A stretch of 59,832 nucleotides of DNA, the filler included. It is 4 parts of 4 records of this genome, joined end to end, with 100 filler letters (N's around TTAATTAATTAA, not from the genome) between each part and the next. Parts side by side here need not be neighbours in the genome. Positions count along the whole stretch, not along the records: positions 36,276 to 51,601 come from SRR20825019_1790; 3 more parts are not named here. One strand, written 5' to 3'. Positions 39,872 to 49,778 of the stretch are shown here, piece by piece. The position numbers and the translations under genes were made by a program. The stretch's first letter is position 1. Each line of letters starts with the position of its first letter. The notes beneath the pieces were generated by a model. It made no database searches and was not told the DNA's origin. It worked only from the letters and a program-made list of their open reading frames with translations.

Positions 39872-41149
39872 TCAGGCTCCCTGAAACGAGGTTTTGCAAT
39901 GTGTTGCGGTGCGGGCACCGAACGCTTTCCAAAGGACCGGTATCGAGACGGCGGTCTGTGCGATTGTCGCGGCGGCAAGCGTTGCCCAGGCAAGGGCGGT
40001 CAGGCCGTAGGGCGCTGCGACAAGAGCAGCCGCGGTAATGATCGCGCCGGCAATCAGCGACAGAACCAGTTCACGATCGGCGCGGCCGCCGGAGCGCAGC
40101 CACTGTGCCGTCACCGACCACAGCATGTTCGGGATCGCGGTCAGGCACAGGATGGCGACAAGCGGTGCGACGGATGCCCATTTTGCGCCGAAGACCAGCG
40201 ATACATAGGCCGGGGCGGCAAAGGTCTGCGCCAGTGCAACCGTGGTGATTGCCATCATCGCCAGTGTGAGCCCGCGCTTGAGCGCCAGAACCCGGTCGCC
40301 GCTCATCGAAAGATAGGGAAACAGCACCGTCGAAAGCGCCGTTGCCAGCGAGGTCGAGATGCCGACCCCTGCATTGAAGGCGAAGAAATAGACGCCAAGC
40401 GCTTCGGTCCCGAGAACGGCGGCGACGATCAGCTTGTCGGCTTGCGCCCTGAGCGCCTTCACGAATTCGATACCGAGTACGGATGCGCCGAAACGGGTGA
40501 ATGCTGAAAGCGGAGCCGGCGCGATACCGGGCGCCGGCCGCCAATGAACAAGGCGGCGCATGCCGATAAGCCAGACCGGCGCCGAAATCAGCTTCGGCAG
40601 AACCACCGACAACGGGGTTGGAAACAGTGCAACAAGGACGCAGGTCAAAAGATTGGCGCTGACATTCTGTGCGCCAGAGACCGCTGCCGTGCGCGCCAGC
40701 ATGCCCTTGCGCATGGCTAGGGCGCACTGAACGAGGCCGCCGGGCATGAACATATATTCCAGGCCGAGCAGTGCCATCAGGGCGAAGGCCATGATGCTGC
40801 CACCGGCAAGCCAGACACCGGCACCGACGGCGACCTGGAGAACGGTAAGACCGGTGCACCAGATCCAGAAGATGCGATGGGCGCGCTTGCACACAGCATC
40901 AAGCTCGTCATCCCTAGCGATGATGATGCGCTGGCCGACACCGTTTTCGGCAAGGGATTTCAAAATGTCCGAGCCGGCCATGGCCGCCGCCGCTATGCCG
41001 ATTTCCACGGGGGAGAGGAACCGGGCCATCGCGACGACGACCGCCAGTCGGGAGACCTTGGCTGCGGCCTCCGACGCGAGATAGGCCGAAGCGCCGCGCA
41101 GAAGCGGCGAAGAAGCAGCGTCAGTAACTTTTTGTCTGAGCATGGTCAT
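39872..41149 (-). CDS. Wzx-type oligosaccharide flippase
   Basis: Multi-TM; ARFLSPVEIG, DKLIVAAVLGTEALGVY. Confidence 0.88.
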   Translation of the reverse strand: MTMLRQKVTDAASSPLLRGASAYLASEAAAKVSRLAVVVAMARFLSPVEIGIAAAAMAGSDILKSLAENGVGQRIIIARDDELDAVCKRAHRIFWIWCTGLTVLQVAVGAGVWLAGGSIMAFALMALLGLEYMFMPGGLVQCALAMRKGMLARTAAVSGAQNVSANLLTCVLVALFPTPLSVVLPKLISAPVWLIGMRRLVHWRPAPGIAPAPLSAFTRFGASVLGIEFVKALRAQADKLIVAAVLGTEALGVYFFAFNAGVGISTSLATALSTVLFPYLSMSGDRVLALKRGLTLAMMAITTVALAQTFAAPAYVSLVFGAKWASVAPLVAILCLTAIPNMLWSVTAQWLRSGGRADRELVLSLIAGAIITAAALVAAPYGLTALAWATLAAATIAQTAVSIPVLWKAFGARTATHCKTSFQGA

Positions 41150-41272
41150 CTTGTGATCCGGCCTTGTTTCAAGCAGTGGACGTCGTGTTTCGTTGTGTTA
41201 GGTTTATACCGGAGAGGAGGCTGGTCTTTGGGGTTTCCGAAGGTCATCGGGACGCCCATTGGGCTCTGTGGA

Positions 41273-41288
41273 CTATCCTTTGGTATAG
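41273..41288. promoter_or_regulatory. CTATCC-N4-GGATAG-like box
   Basis: CTATCCTTTGGTATAG between divergent flippase and export genes. Confidence 0.65.
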
Positions 41289-41370
41289 GCGACAGACCAC
41301 GAAACCATATGTTTATTGGGCGTGTCAGCGGCTGCGCGATAAGGCCGCGTTGCAGTATGGGTCATTGCGT

Positions 41371-42585
41371 TTGAAAAACGGTCTGAAAACGGCTTGGAGC
41401 CGCGTTGCGGTTGTCTCGCTTCTTGCCTTCGCGCAAGGGTGCGCGTCACTCGAGCCGATCGAAAACAGTGAAAACGTCAAGCAGGGCGAAAGCTATCAGG
41501 CGCAGTACCGGGCGACGTCCGACGACGAGGCCGAGCGCCTGCGCAAATCTTCCGTGTTGATGAATGCCCAGCGCTGCGCGCCCGACCAGAAGCTCGGACC
41601 TGCGGGTAGTCCCATGGTGCCGCCCGATATCGACATTCTTTCACCTGGCGATCTGATCGATGTCTCGATCACCGACGATGAAATTATCTCGGGAAAATAT
41701 GAGGTATCGCAGGACGGCATGCTGCGGCTGATGCATGTTCCGCCGGTCGGCGCCAAGGGTCGCTCGGTCGATTCCATCGAGGAATCTGTGCGCCGGATCC
41801 TGATCGATGAGGGCCTCTACAACAGTGTTCCGTTGGTTTCGATCCGGGTGATGGACTTTGCGCCGGCGCGCGTCTTCGTGGCGGGTGCCGTTTTCGAGCC
41901 GGGATCGGTGACGGTCGGGTCTGTCGCGAGCACTTCGCTTGATCGGTTGCGGCAGGAGACCGTTGGTGGCCGGACCAGCGAGCGCCGTCTGGCGCGGGCC
42001 CTGCAATCTGCCGGCGGCGTGCGCCCGGACGCGGATCTTTCGCGTGTCAGCGTATGGCGCGGCGGGCACAAGAAAGTCTACGATATGCGGCCCGTGATTA
42101 CAGGGCACGCCTATCCCGATCCGCTGCTTCTCGAGGGCGATCAGATCGAGATACCCAGCCGTCATTGTTTCCAGGAAGAGCTGGTTGCGCCAACGGCGGT
42201 TTCACCGCCTGGCGTCAAGGTGTTTATGTCCAACCTTGCAGTGCCGGCGTCTTCCAACGCCCAGGCTGCGATTTCCAAGGATACGGTTGAACTGCGCTAC
42301 GGAACGCGTTTTCTGCAGGCGGTTTTCAGCCTGAACTGTGTCGGCGGCGCGCGGCTGACGAACTCCAACCGCTCGGCCGTTCTGTTTACCCGCAATCCCA
42401 TCACCGGTCAGTCGATCGTGATCGAGCGCAATCTTGAGGAGCTGCTGCGGCGCGGCGACCGTGACGATTTCGACCCCTATCTGATGCCGGGGGATGCGCT
42501 GGCCTGCTACGATTCTTCGGTGATCAACATCACGGATCTTGCCACCAAGCTGGGCATTATCGGGGCGCTTGGGGTGATCATCTGA
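41371..42585 (+). CDS. Wza-like polysaccharide export lipoprotein
   Basis: AQGC lipobox after TTG start; LSPGDLIDV, SLBB-type VAGAVFEPG and AGG motifs. Confidence 0.88.
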   Translation: MKNGLKTAWSRVAVVSLLAFAQGCASLEPIENSENVKQGESYQAQYRATSDDEAERLRKSSVLMNAQRCAPDQKLGPAGSPMVPPDIDILSPGDLIDVSITDDEIISGKYEVSQDGMLRLMHVPPVGAKGRSVDSIEESVRRILIDEGLYNSVPLVSIRVMDFAPARVFVAGAVFEPGSVTVGSVASTSLDRLRQETVGGRTSERRLARALQSAGGVRPDADLSRVSVWRGGHKKVYDMRPVITGHAYPDPLLLEGDQIEIPSRHCFQEELVAPTAVSPPGVKVFMSNLAVPASSNAQAAISKDTVELRYGTRFLQAVFSLNCVGGARLTNSNRSAVLFTRNPITGQSIVIERNLEELLRRGDRDDFDPYLMPGDALACYDSSVINITDLATKLGIIGALGVII

Positions 42586-42592
42586 CCGTCGG

Positions 42593-45190
42593 TCAGCCTG
42601 TCAGTTCCGAAAGCGCCTTCAGCGTTTTTTCCGCCGTTTCATGTGCGGTGCTGCAAAGCGGCGAAAGCTGTTCTCGGGCGCCATGTTTGGCGGCGGATTC
42701 GACATCCAGCAGTGTGGCGCGCAGAGCGACTGCGCCGAACACGGCAGCGGAGCCGGCTATTTTGTGGGCGCAGGCGGCCAATTCGTCGAGGTCGATTTCT
42801 TGACCGTCATCAGCGCAGAACCGCGCCTTCGATTCGGCAAGCTCGGTCTTGAAGCGTTCGATCTGGCGTTCGAAAAGTGCCGGCGGCAGCGCCTCGGTGA
42901 GGTCCGCAAGCGTTTCGTGGTCAATCAGTTCGGTTTCGTCATCCCGTTCATCCGCCGGGGACAATGGTCCATCGATCAGTGATCGACGATGCGCGAGCCC
43001 GGCGACGACCTCGCGCACCTTTGCGCTTCTGAGCGGCTTGACGATACAGTCATCCATGCCGGCCTCGTGAAGTTGTCGGCGCTCTTCCGGCAGTGCGTGG
43101 GCCGTCAGGCCGATAATGGGAGCCGTACGCGACAGCCCGTCGCCTTCCCGGATCGCGCGCGTGGCCCCGATCCCGTCCAGGCGCGGCATGCTGACATCCA
43201 TGAAAATCACGTCGAACCGCTCGCTTTCAGCCTTTTCAACGCCTGCAATGCCGTCATGCGCCTCGACGATCCGGCACCCGTGTTTCCTGAGCATTTCGCG
43301 CGCCACGAAACGGTTGGTCTCATTGTCTTCGACAAGCAGGACGGAAAGTCCGGTTGCATCGATGACGGGAGCCGCGACCGCCGGTTTTTCGATCTCCACC
43401 GGTCGCTGTTCAAAGACTTCAAGCGGCGGCAGGCGAAGATAGAAGCGGCTGCCTTGTCCCGGCGCGCTCTCGACGCCGATTTCGCCGCCCATCAAATCGA
43501 CCAGTCGACGCGAAATGCCAAGCCCGAGACCCGAGCCGGGCGCGGTGCGCTTGTAGGAAGGGTCCAGCATCACGAAATCGTCAAAGATGCGCCTGGCATC
43601 GTCCTGGCCGATCCCGATTCCGGTGTCGCTGACGGAAAACTCGATCCAGCCATCTTCGCCAATGGGTACGGCGCTGATCCGGATCGTTCCGTTTTCGGTG
43701 AACTTCACGGCATTGCCAAGGAGGTTGATAAGAACCTGACGCAGGCTGTGGCGATCCTGATCGAAGACCGTAACGCCTGACGCGGCCTCTGTCTCGATGG
43801 TGTTTCCACGCGATATTGCCAGCGGGTCGTTCATCTTCTTCAATTCGGTCAGAAGCGACAGCACCTCGAAACGGACCGGGTTCACCTTGGTGACGCCGGC
43901 TTCAATACGGGTGATGTTGAGAACATCGTCAATATGGCTCTGAAGGATTTCACCGGAGGAAATAGCGGTCTCGACATAGTCGCGTTGCTTGCGGGTAAGC
44001 CGTGTCTCGTTCAGCATGTCGAGCAGACCCATGACGCCGTTGAGCGGTGTTCGCATCTCATGGCTCATGACGGCAAGAAAATCGGATTTCGCCTTGGCGG
44101 TCGCCACGGCATCATCGCGCGCTTGCGTCAGGTTTTGCTGTGCACGTTTGCGTTCGGAGATGTCGCGCATATAGGTCACGATGATCCGCCCTTCGCCGCG
44201 TCGGGTGAGTCCTACGGAAACCTCCGCCGGAAAGACCTCGCCGCTGGCGCGCATCGCATTGATCTCCATCCGGCTGGAAAGATTGCTCTCACCCTCGTGA
44301 GACTGTTCGAGAAACGCGACACGCCTTTCGCGGTGAAGCTTCAGGTCTTCCCTGGGAATTATGAGCTTTTCCGCGGTGACGCCGAGTGCGTGTTCGCGCT
44401 TGTAACCGAACAATTGTTCCGCTGCCGGATTGAAATCGAGGATGCGACCCGTTTCATCGGAAACAATGATCGCCTCGAGCGAGGCGTTGATCGCACTTTT
44501 GTAAAGCAGGTTCTGGGTCTGGATATCCTCGGTTCTGAGCCGTGCGATCCGAAACTGCCAGACCGCGAGAAACAGAGCGAGAAACATCGCCGCGATGACG
44601 CCGGCGGCCACTAGGCCGGTGCGCAGCAAAAGGCTCGAAAACGCCTGCCGGTCCTGATCGGATCGCTGTGCAAGAAGGCGCACACCCGTCAGTGAGATTT
44701 CCCGGACTTCGCCCCGCATCGCGACAAATGTCTTGTCGAGAACCGGAAGCGCCTCGGCCAGCGCGTCATCCGGACCATCGATGATCGGGATCATCCGGTT
44801 GAGCGTGTCGGTGATCCGGATCAGGCTCTGTCGCGCCTCCGCCTCATGCGTGACGTCGCTGAAGACCGCGCCATGGCGGAGCGTATCGATCCGGCTGTAG
44901 AAAATATCGAAACGCTGGCGCACCGCGTCGAGCGCGTCCGGCGTTTCGTTGTGGATCGCGTCATCCACGGTGCTCTCAAGCACCAGAAGCTCGACCTGAA
45001 CCTGGGCCATCGACCACTGGACATTGTCGGACGAGGCGGATCTGAGCCGCGACAGCTCCTGGACCAGCTGAGCGGCAAGCAGGCTGAGCACCAGCACAAC
45101 AATCAATAAAAGGGTTCCCGCCGCGGCATAGACACCTTTCCAGTCACGCTGCGTGCGGGCGCCAATCCCTATGCCCGCCTGTTCCTGCAT
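42593..45190 (-). CDS. Hybrid sensor kinase (periplasmic sensor-PAS-HisKA-HATPase-REC-Hpt)
   Basis: MSHEMRTPLNG, NLLGNAVKFT, DTGIG, GSGLGL, FMDVSMP, AHKIAGSA. Confidence 0.95.
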   Translation of the reverse strand: MQEQAGIGIGARTQRDWKGVYAAAGTLLLIVVLVLSLLAAQLVQELSRLRSASSDNVQWSMAQVQVELLVLESTVDDAIHNETPDALDAVRQRFDIFYSRIDTLRHGAVFSDVTHEAEARQSLIRITDTLNRMIPIIDGPDDALAEALPVLDKTFVAMRGEVREISLTGVRLLAQRSDQDRQAFSSLLLRTGLVAAGVIAAMFLALFLAVWQFRIARLRTEDIQTQNLLYKSAINASLEAIIVSDETGRILDFNPAAEQLFGYKREHALGVTAEKLIIPREDLKLHRERRVAFLEQSHEGESNLSSRMEINAMRASGEVFPAEVSVGLTRRGEGRIIVTYMRDISERKRAQQNLTQARDDAVATAKAKSDFLAVMSHEMRTPLNGVMGLLDMLNETRLTRKQRDYVETAISSGEILQSHIDDVLNITRIEAGVTKVNPVRFEVLSLLTELKKMNDPLAISRGNTIETEAASGVTVFDQDRHSLRQVLINLLGNAVKFTENGTIRISAVPIGEDGWIEFSVSDTGIGIGQDDARRIFDDFVMLDPSYKRTAPGSGLGLGISRRLVDLMGGEIGVESAPGQGSRFYLRLPPLEVFEQRPVEIEKPAVAAPVIDATGLSVLLVEDNETNRFVAREMLRKHGCRIVEAHDGIAGVEKAESERFDVIFMDVSMPRLDGIGATRAIREGDGLSRTAPIIGLTAHALPEERRQLHEAGMDDCIVKPLRSAKVREVVAGLAHRRSLIDGPLSPADERDDETELIDHETLADLTEALPPALFERQIERFKTELAESKARFCADDGQEIDLDELAACAHKIAGSAAVFGAVALRATLLDVESAAKHGAREQLSPLCSTAHETAEKTLKALSELTG

Positions 45191-45194
45191 TAGA

Positions 45195-45707
45195 TCAGTC
45201 TTCCACCTTGATCGACTTCAACTGCCATATGCTACGCGAATATGTGACCTCTGTCTTGTAGGTCGGTTCGTCGTCGAACGGGTAGATCACCCAGATTGGC
45301 CCCTTGTCCCTGACAGAAAGCGTTTTGCCGTCGACCCGCGTCGCCAGGATCGGACCTTGCGCAACGGCCTCGGAAGACGGAACCTCGATCGCATAATCAT
45401 TGAGCGCTGTCATCACCAGCTGCGTGCCTTCAGCGTCGACAGCATCGAGCAGGGTAGAGAGTGCGACGCCTGAATACTCCGACACACCGTCGGTCCAGAT
45501 CGTTGCGGTCTTGAAACTGGTCTGCGGCAAAGCGTCCAGCATGTCGAGATCGAATGCGGCCGTGCCTTCGGCGGAGTTGGTTACGTCGATATTGCCCGAG
45601 AGTGTCAGGATAACACGGCCCGTCGGTGCCGGCAGGTCTTCGGCTGATGCCGTCGCAATCATAAGAAACGGCGTCAGTGCCACCAAGAGAAAAAGTCGTC
45701 GGATCAT
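45195..45707 (-). CDS. PruR-like periplasmic SUOX-fold (pterin-binding) protein lacking Cys
   Basis: Signal peptide; T-x-W, YSGVALSTLL, ALNDY, RDKGPIWVIYP, SIWQL; no cysteine. Confidence 0.75.
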   Translation of the reverse strand: MIRRLFLLVALTPFLMIATASAEDLPAPTGRVILTLSGNIDVTNSAEGTAAFDLDMLDALPQTSFKTATIWTDGVSEYSGVALSTLLDAVDAEGTQLVMTALNDYAIEVPSSEAVAQGPILATRVDGKTLSVRDKGPIWVIYPFDDEPTYKTEVTYSRSIWQLKSIKVED

Positions 45708-45794
45708 GGTCAGGAGCCTTCCCGGTTTGAGCAATTATTGGTCCGATTTTACGCCCAAACACACCGGCCTGATGAGCAAACAAGGGTGGTTATG

Positions 45795-45810
45795 CTATAC
45801 GAAAGGATAG
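45795..45810. promoter_or_regulatory. CTATCC-N4-GGATAG-like box
   Basis: CTATACGAAAGGATAG upstream of the PruR-like/kinase operon. Confidence 0.65.
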
Positions 45811-45867
45811 AAATGGCGGGCGCGCTTGCGCTTTCGCCCGCCATCGGGCCTGGATCTGGCGCGGTTT

Positions 45868-47238
45868 TCAATAGGCGCCACGACCGGAGAAAACGGCGCG
45901 TGAGGTGAGCGCAATGATGGTCAGGTCCAGCACGATGCTGCGCGAGCGGATATAGGCGTTATCCATCTGCAGCATGCGGTCGAAACCGATTTCTGCCCGG
46001 CCGGAGACCTGCCACAGGCCGGTAATGCCGGGCTTGGCTTCAAGCCGCGACAGCGCTTCCGGCGCATAGGCGGCAACCTCCTGGGGAAGCGCCGGTCGCG
46101 GACCGACAATCGACATATTGCCGATCAGCACATTGAAAATCTGCGGCAGTTCATCGATCGAGAGCTTGCGCATGATCCGGCCAACCGGTGTCACGCGCGG
46201 GTCGGTGCGCGATTTGAAGCAGATCCCTTCGCGGTCGCTGGTGGCAAGCAGGGCCGCGCGGCGGGCTTCGGCATCGCGATACATCGAGCGGAATTTGTAC
46301 ATGGTAAAAGTCTTGCCGTTTTCGCCGACACGGGTTTGGCGGAAGAACACAGGGCCTCGCGATGTGGCCGCGACGGCAAGTGCCGTGCCGGCCATCAATG
46401 GCGATAGCATCAAAAGTGCCGATGAGGCGACGGCGATGTCAAGCAGACGCTTGCCGGGCACCCGGGCTTCGGCCGTCGCCCCGGCACGGACAGCACGGGC
46501 TTCACGATAGGCGTTGAAGACAAACCGGAAATTGCCGGCAAGATAGCGCTTGGCCATCCGCTTCGGTTCCATCATCAGCCGCCAGACCCATTCACAGCCG
46601 GCCTTGCGGAAGATCACCGGCGCTCGGGTGACCCGGCCCGACCAGAAATCGAACTGGGCACCGACACCCATGACGAGACTGGCATTGAGCTTGTGACGAT
46701 TGCGGGCAATCCAGACATCCTGCATCGGCACGCCAAGCGCGATCAGTACGATATCGGCGCCGGAACTGTTGATCGCGTCGATGATCCCGGCTTCGTCATC
46801 TCTGGTGAAGTAGCCATTGCGGGTGCCGGCAATTTTCAGACCGGGGGCGTGATCGCCGGCGCGCTCGGCAGCCGCATCAGCCACGCCTTCCTGGCTTCCG
46901 AAGAAATAGATAGAGTGTCCGCGCCGCGCCGCTTCCTGGCAGAGCGGAAGGAAAAGGTCGGTGCCGTTGAGATTGGCTTCAAAACTCTTGTTCTGCAGCT
47001 TGGCCGCCAGCTTCATGCCGGAACCATCGGGCAGCAGATAGTCCGCCTTGCTGACGGCCCAGCGATAGGACGCGTCATCCTTGTGGGTGTTCATGCAGTG
47101 GGCATTCAGAAATGCGGCGGTGCGCTGTTCCTTCGGCGCATCGAGCAGGCCGTTGACGGCTTCTTTCTGCGTTGCGCTGACAATCGGGAGTCCGAAAAGA
47201 GAAATAGTTTTGAAAGCGGCCATGCGACCCTCCATCAT
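45868..47238 (-). CDS. WecB/TagA/CpsF glycosyltransferase fused to a polyprenol-phosphate sugar transferase
   Basis: N-terminal PDGSG, NGTD, LGVPMQD, GVGAQFD; C-terminal KRLLD, YKFRSM, DPRVT, DELPQ, SIVGPRP. Confidence 0.9.
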   Translation of the reverse strand: MMEGRMAAFKTISLFGLPIVSATQKEAVNGLLDAPKEQRTAAFLNAHCMNTHKDDASYRWAVSKADYLLPDGSGMKLAAKLQNKSFEANLNGTDLFLPLCQEAARRGHSIYFFGSQEGVADAAAERAGDHAPGLKIAGTRNGYFTRDDEAGIIDAINSSGADIVLIALGVPMQDVWIARNRHKLNASLVMGVGAQFDFWSGRVTRAPVIFRKAGCEWVWRLMMEPKRMAKRYLAGNFRFVFNAYREARAVRAGATAEARVPGKRLLDIAVASSALLMLSPLMAGTALAVAATSRGPVFFRQTRVGENGKTFTMYKFRSMYRDAEARRAALLATSDREGICFKSRTDPRVTPVGRIMRKLSIDELPQIFNVLIGNMSIVGPRPALPQEVAAYAPEALSRLEAKPGITGLWQVSGRAEIGFDRMLQMDNAYIRSRSIVLDLTIIALTSRAVFSGRGAY

Positions 47239-47369
47239 GCGTGTTGCTGTTGGAGAGAAGATGCCGGAACGGCGGGACCTCCGCGTTGTCGAGGAAGGCG
47301 AGGAGGTACTCCTGAAAGCATAGGTGATTGCGCGCGCGCAACGTTGCCTGCCGCTTTCGGATGGCGCCC

Positions 47370-47416
47370 CTATCCAAAGGGCGCATTCAGGCTGATCGGT
47401 CTATCCGTTAGGCTAG
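47370..47416. promoter_or_regulatory. Two CTATCC-N4-GGATAG-like boxes
   Basis: CTATCCAAAGGGCGCA (47370-47385) and CTATCCGTTAGGCTAG (47401-47416) between divergent genes. Confidence 0.6.
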
Positions 47417-47499
47417 AACCTCGTTCGGGAACGGTGACAGATCATTCCTTTTTAAGTTATGGATGAATTTGCGGCGGAGATCATGGGAAGGAGAAGCTC

Positions 47500-48114
47500 A
47501 TGAAGATACTGATAGCGGACGATCACGAATTGGTACGCGACACCATACGCGCCTTCCTGGCGAATGAGCCGGGATTGCGTATTTCCGTGGCCGCCGACTT
47601 TCACGGCGCGGCGGAGCTGATGACCAAGGAGGGGCCGTTCGATCTCGTTCTGCTCGACTATTCAATGCCCGGCATGGATGGGCTTGGCGGTCTGGCGAAA
47701 GCCCGTGACCTGAATTTCGGCAGTCCGGTTGCAATCCTGTCGGGCACAGCCTCGCGCGACGTGGCCGAAGAAGCCCTGGCCTCCGGTGCCGCCGGTTTCC
47801 TGCCAAAGAGCCTTCCGGCGAAATCGCTGATCCATGCCGTGCGGTTCATGGCGGCAGGAGAGCAATATGCCCCGGTCCAGTTCATGACCGAGAAGGAAGA
47901 GACGACGACGCATCCGCTGGAGGACAAGCTCACCAAACGCGAGATGGAGGTGCTGCGGGGCCTTGTCGAGGGCCATTCCAACAAGGAGATCGCGCGTACG
48001 CTCGACCTCCAGGAGGTTACCGTCAAGCTTCACGTCAAGACCCTTTGCCGCAAGCTCGATGCGCGCAACCGCACCATGGCGGCGATGATTGCCAAGAATG
48101 CCGGTTTGTTCTGA
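47500..48114 (+). CDS. NarL/LuxR family response regulator
   Basis: ILIADDH, LLDYSMPG, LTKRE...SNKEIARTL...TVKLHV. Confidence 0.95.
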   Translation: MKILIADDHELVRDTIRAFLANEPGLRISVAADFHGAAELMTKEGPFDLVLLDYSMPGMDGLGGLAKARDLNFGSPVAILSGTASRDVAEEALASGAAGFLPKSLPAKSLIHAVRFMAAGEQYAPVQFMTEKEETTTHPLEDKLTKREMEVLRGLVEGHSNKEIARTLDLQEVTVKLHVKTLCRKLDARNRTMAAMIAKNAGLF

Positions 48115-48117
48115 ATC

Positions 48118-48133
48118 CTATCCGAAAGGGTAG
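48118..48133. promoter_or_regulatory. CTATCC-N4-GGATAG-like box
   Basis: CTATCCGAAAGGGTAG upstream of the chain-length gene. Confidence 0.65.
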
Positions 48134-48232
48134 CGACAAACGCGAAAGGGCGCAGTGTTAGTGCCATCGTGCCCACGCAGAACAGTCAGGTGTCTTTATT
48201 AAAAGCGTGAACTCTATCCAGGGGAACGTTTG

Positions 48233-49777
48233 ATGAAGACCAGCGACATTGAAAACAAGACGCAGCCGGCGGGCCGCAAGCCAATCCCGCTCAACCCGGT
48301 TTTCTGGGGTCTGAGCGCCGTGAAAGGCGTTGCCCGCGCATTCCTTTATGTTCCCCGCCTTCTGCGTCTCAGCCGCGGCGGGCGTGTCAATTTCTGGCGC
48401 ATCGCCAATGGCGGCAAGCCGGGCGATTCCGGCCGTCTGCCGCGCTACATTTTGTTGGGCGGCATGATGCTGGCGGCGATATGGGCGCCGGTCATCAGCT
48501 ATGTCCGCTATGCGCCGCTTTCGTTTTCCTCCGACATGGCGCTGATCCTGCCAGGAGCGGGCGCCTCGACCTCCATCAACCTCTCCGATATCGGACAAGC
48601 GTCCTCATCGGCAAATTCGGCCTATTCCAGCTCGACGCTGAGCCCGACGGTGACCTATCAGAGCCTGCTGTCATCACCGCAGGTGCTCGAGCGTGCCGCC
48701 GATGCGCTCGGCGATGAGCCGGCTGCGTTCGGGAAACCGCGCATCAAGCTGCTCGACCAGACCAGCTTCATTCAGGTCGCTCTCAAGGGGAGTACGCCGG
48801 AACAGGCGCGCGCGCGCAACACGGCGTTGCTGGATGCCTTTCTCTTCGAACTCGACAAGCTGCGTAATGATGAGATCATGCGCCGTGAAAGCTCGGTCGT
48901 GACCGCGATTGACACCTATCAGGCCAAGGTTGAGGACGCCCGCAAGGCGATTGCCGATCTGCAGCTTGAGAGCGGGCTGAAGTCCAACGAACAGTATGAT
49001 GCGATGATCGCCGATAACGAGGATCTTCAGCTCGAAGTCGCAGCCAGCCAGGCCAGGCTCGACGAGATCAACGAGCGGATCGAAACCCTCAGCCGGTCAC
49101 TTCAAACCACGCCGGAAATGGCAGCGCTCATGCTCAAACTTCGTTCTGATCCCGAGTATGCGACACTCGCCGACAATCTGGCTCGCGATAATGCCGATCT
49201 CGCCAAACTAGCGATCAATTTCGGGCCGAAGCACCCGAAAATCGTCCGTGCGAACAATCGTGTCAGTGGGTTGCGCAACCAGCTTGCGGACCGGGGCGTC
49301 AAGCTAGCCGGCCTCGATATGCTGGAACTCGCCGGTACATTCGATACGCTCGCCGATGGTGAGCGGGCGAGCCTGTTGTCCAGGCTGGTGACGTTCTCCG
49401 CCGAAGCACGTGGCCTTTCAGCAGAAATCGCATCGAAGGAGGCGTCGCTTGCGCGCAGCGAGGCGCGCGTACAAGGCCTTTCGGATTCTGCTGCACGGCT
49501 CGATGCCATGAAGCGTGAATACAAGGTGGCGGAGGCCGTTTTCGCTTCCGCTCTTGCCCGGATCAATACGGCGAAATCGGACATTTTCGCGTCTTACCCG
49601 ATGGTTCAGGTCGTCAGCAGCCCGTCGATCGAATACCATCCGTCCTCGCCGAATATCAAGATCGCGATCGCCGGCGGCATAGCGGGCAGCGCCTTTGCTC
49701 TGTTCAGCCTGCTTCTTGCATGGATCCGTCAGCCGATCCTCGGCCGCGCCGTTCGCCTCTTTACCGAAGGCAAGTGA
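48233..49777 (+). CDS. Polysaccharide co-polymerase / chain-length determinant (GumC/Wzc N-terminal-like)
   Basis: Two TMs flanking a long coiled coil; FGPKHPKI; PSSP before the C-terminal TM. Confidence 0.85.
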   Translation: MKTSDIENKTQPAGRKPIPLNPVFWGLSAVKGVARAFLYVPRLLRLSRGGRVNFWRIANGGKPGDSGRLPRYILLGGMMLAAIWAPVISYVRYAPLSFSSDMALILPGAGASTSINLSDIGQASSSANSAYSSSTLSPTVTYQSLLSSPQVLERAADALGDEPAAFGKPRIKLLDQTSFIQVALKGSTPEQARARNTALLDAFLFELDKLRNDEIMRRESSVVTAIDTYQAKVEDARKAIADLQLESGLKSNEQYDAMIADNEDLQLEVAASQARLDEINERIETLSRSLQTTPEMAALMLKLRSDPEYATLADNLARDNADLAKLAINFGPKHPKIVRANNRVSGLRNQLADRGVKLAGLDMLELAGTFDTLADGERASLLSRLVTFSAEARGLSAEIASKEASLARSEARVQGLSDSAARLDAMKREYKVAEAVFASALARINTAKSDIFASYPMVQVVSSPSIEYHPSSPNIKIAIAGGIAGSAFALFSLLLAWIRQPILGRAVRLFTEGK

Positions 49778-49778
49778 G

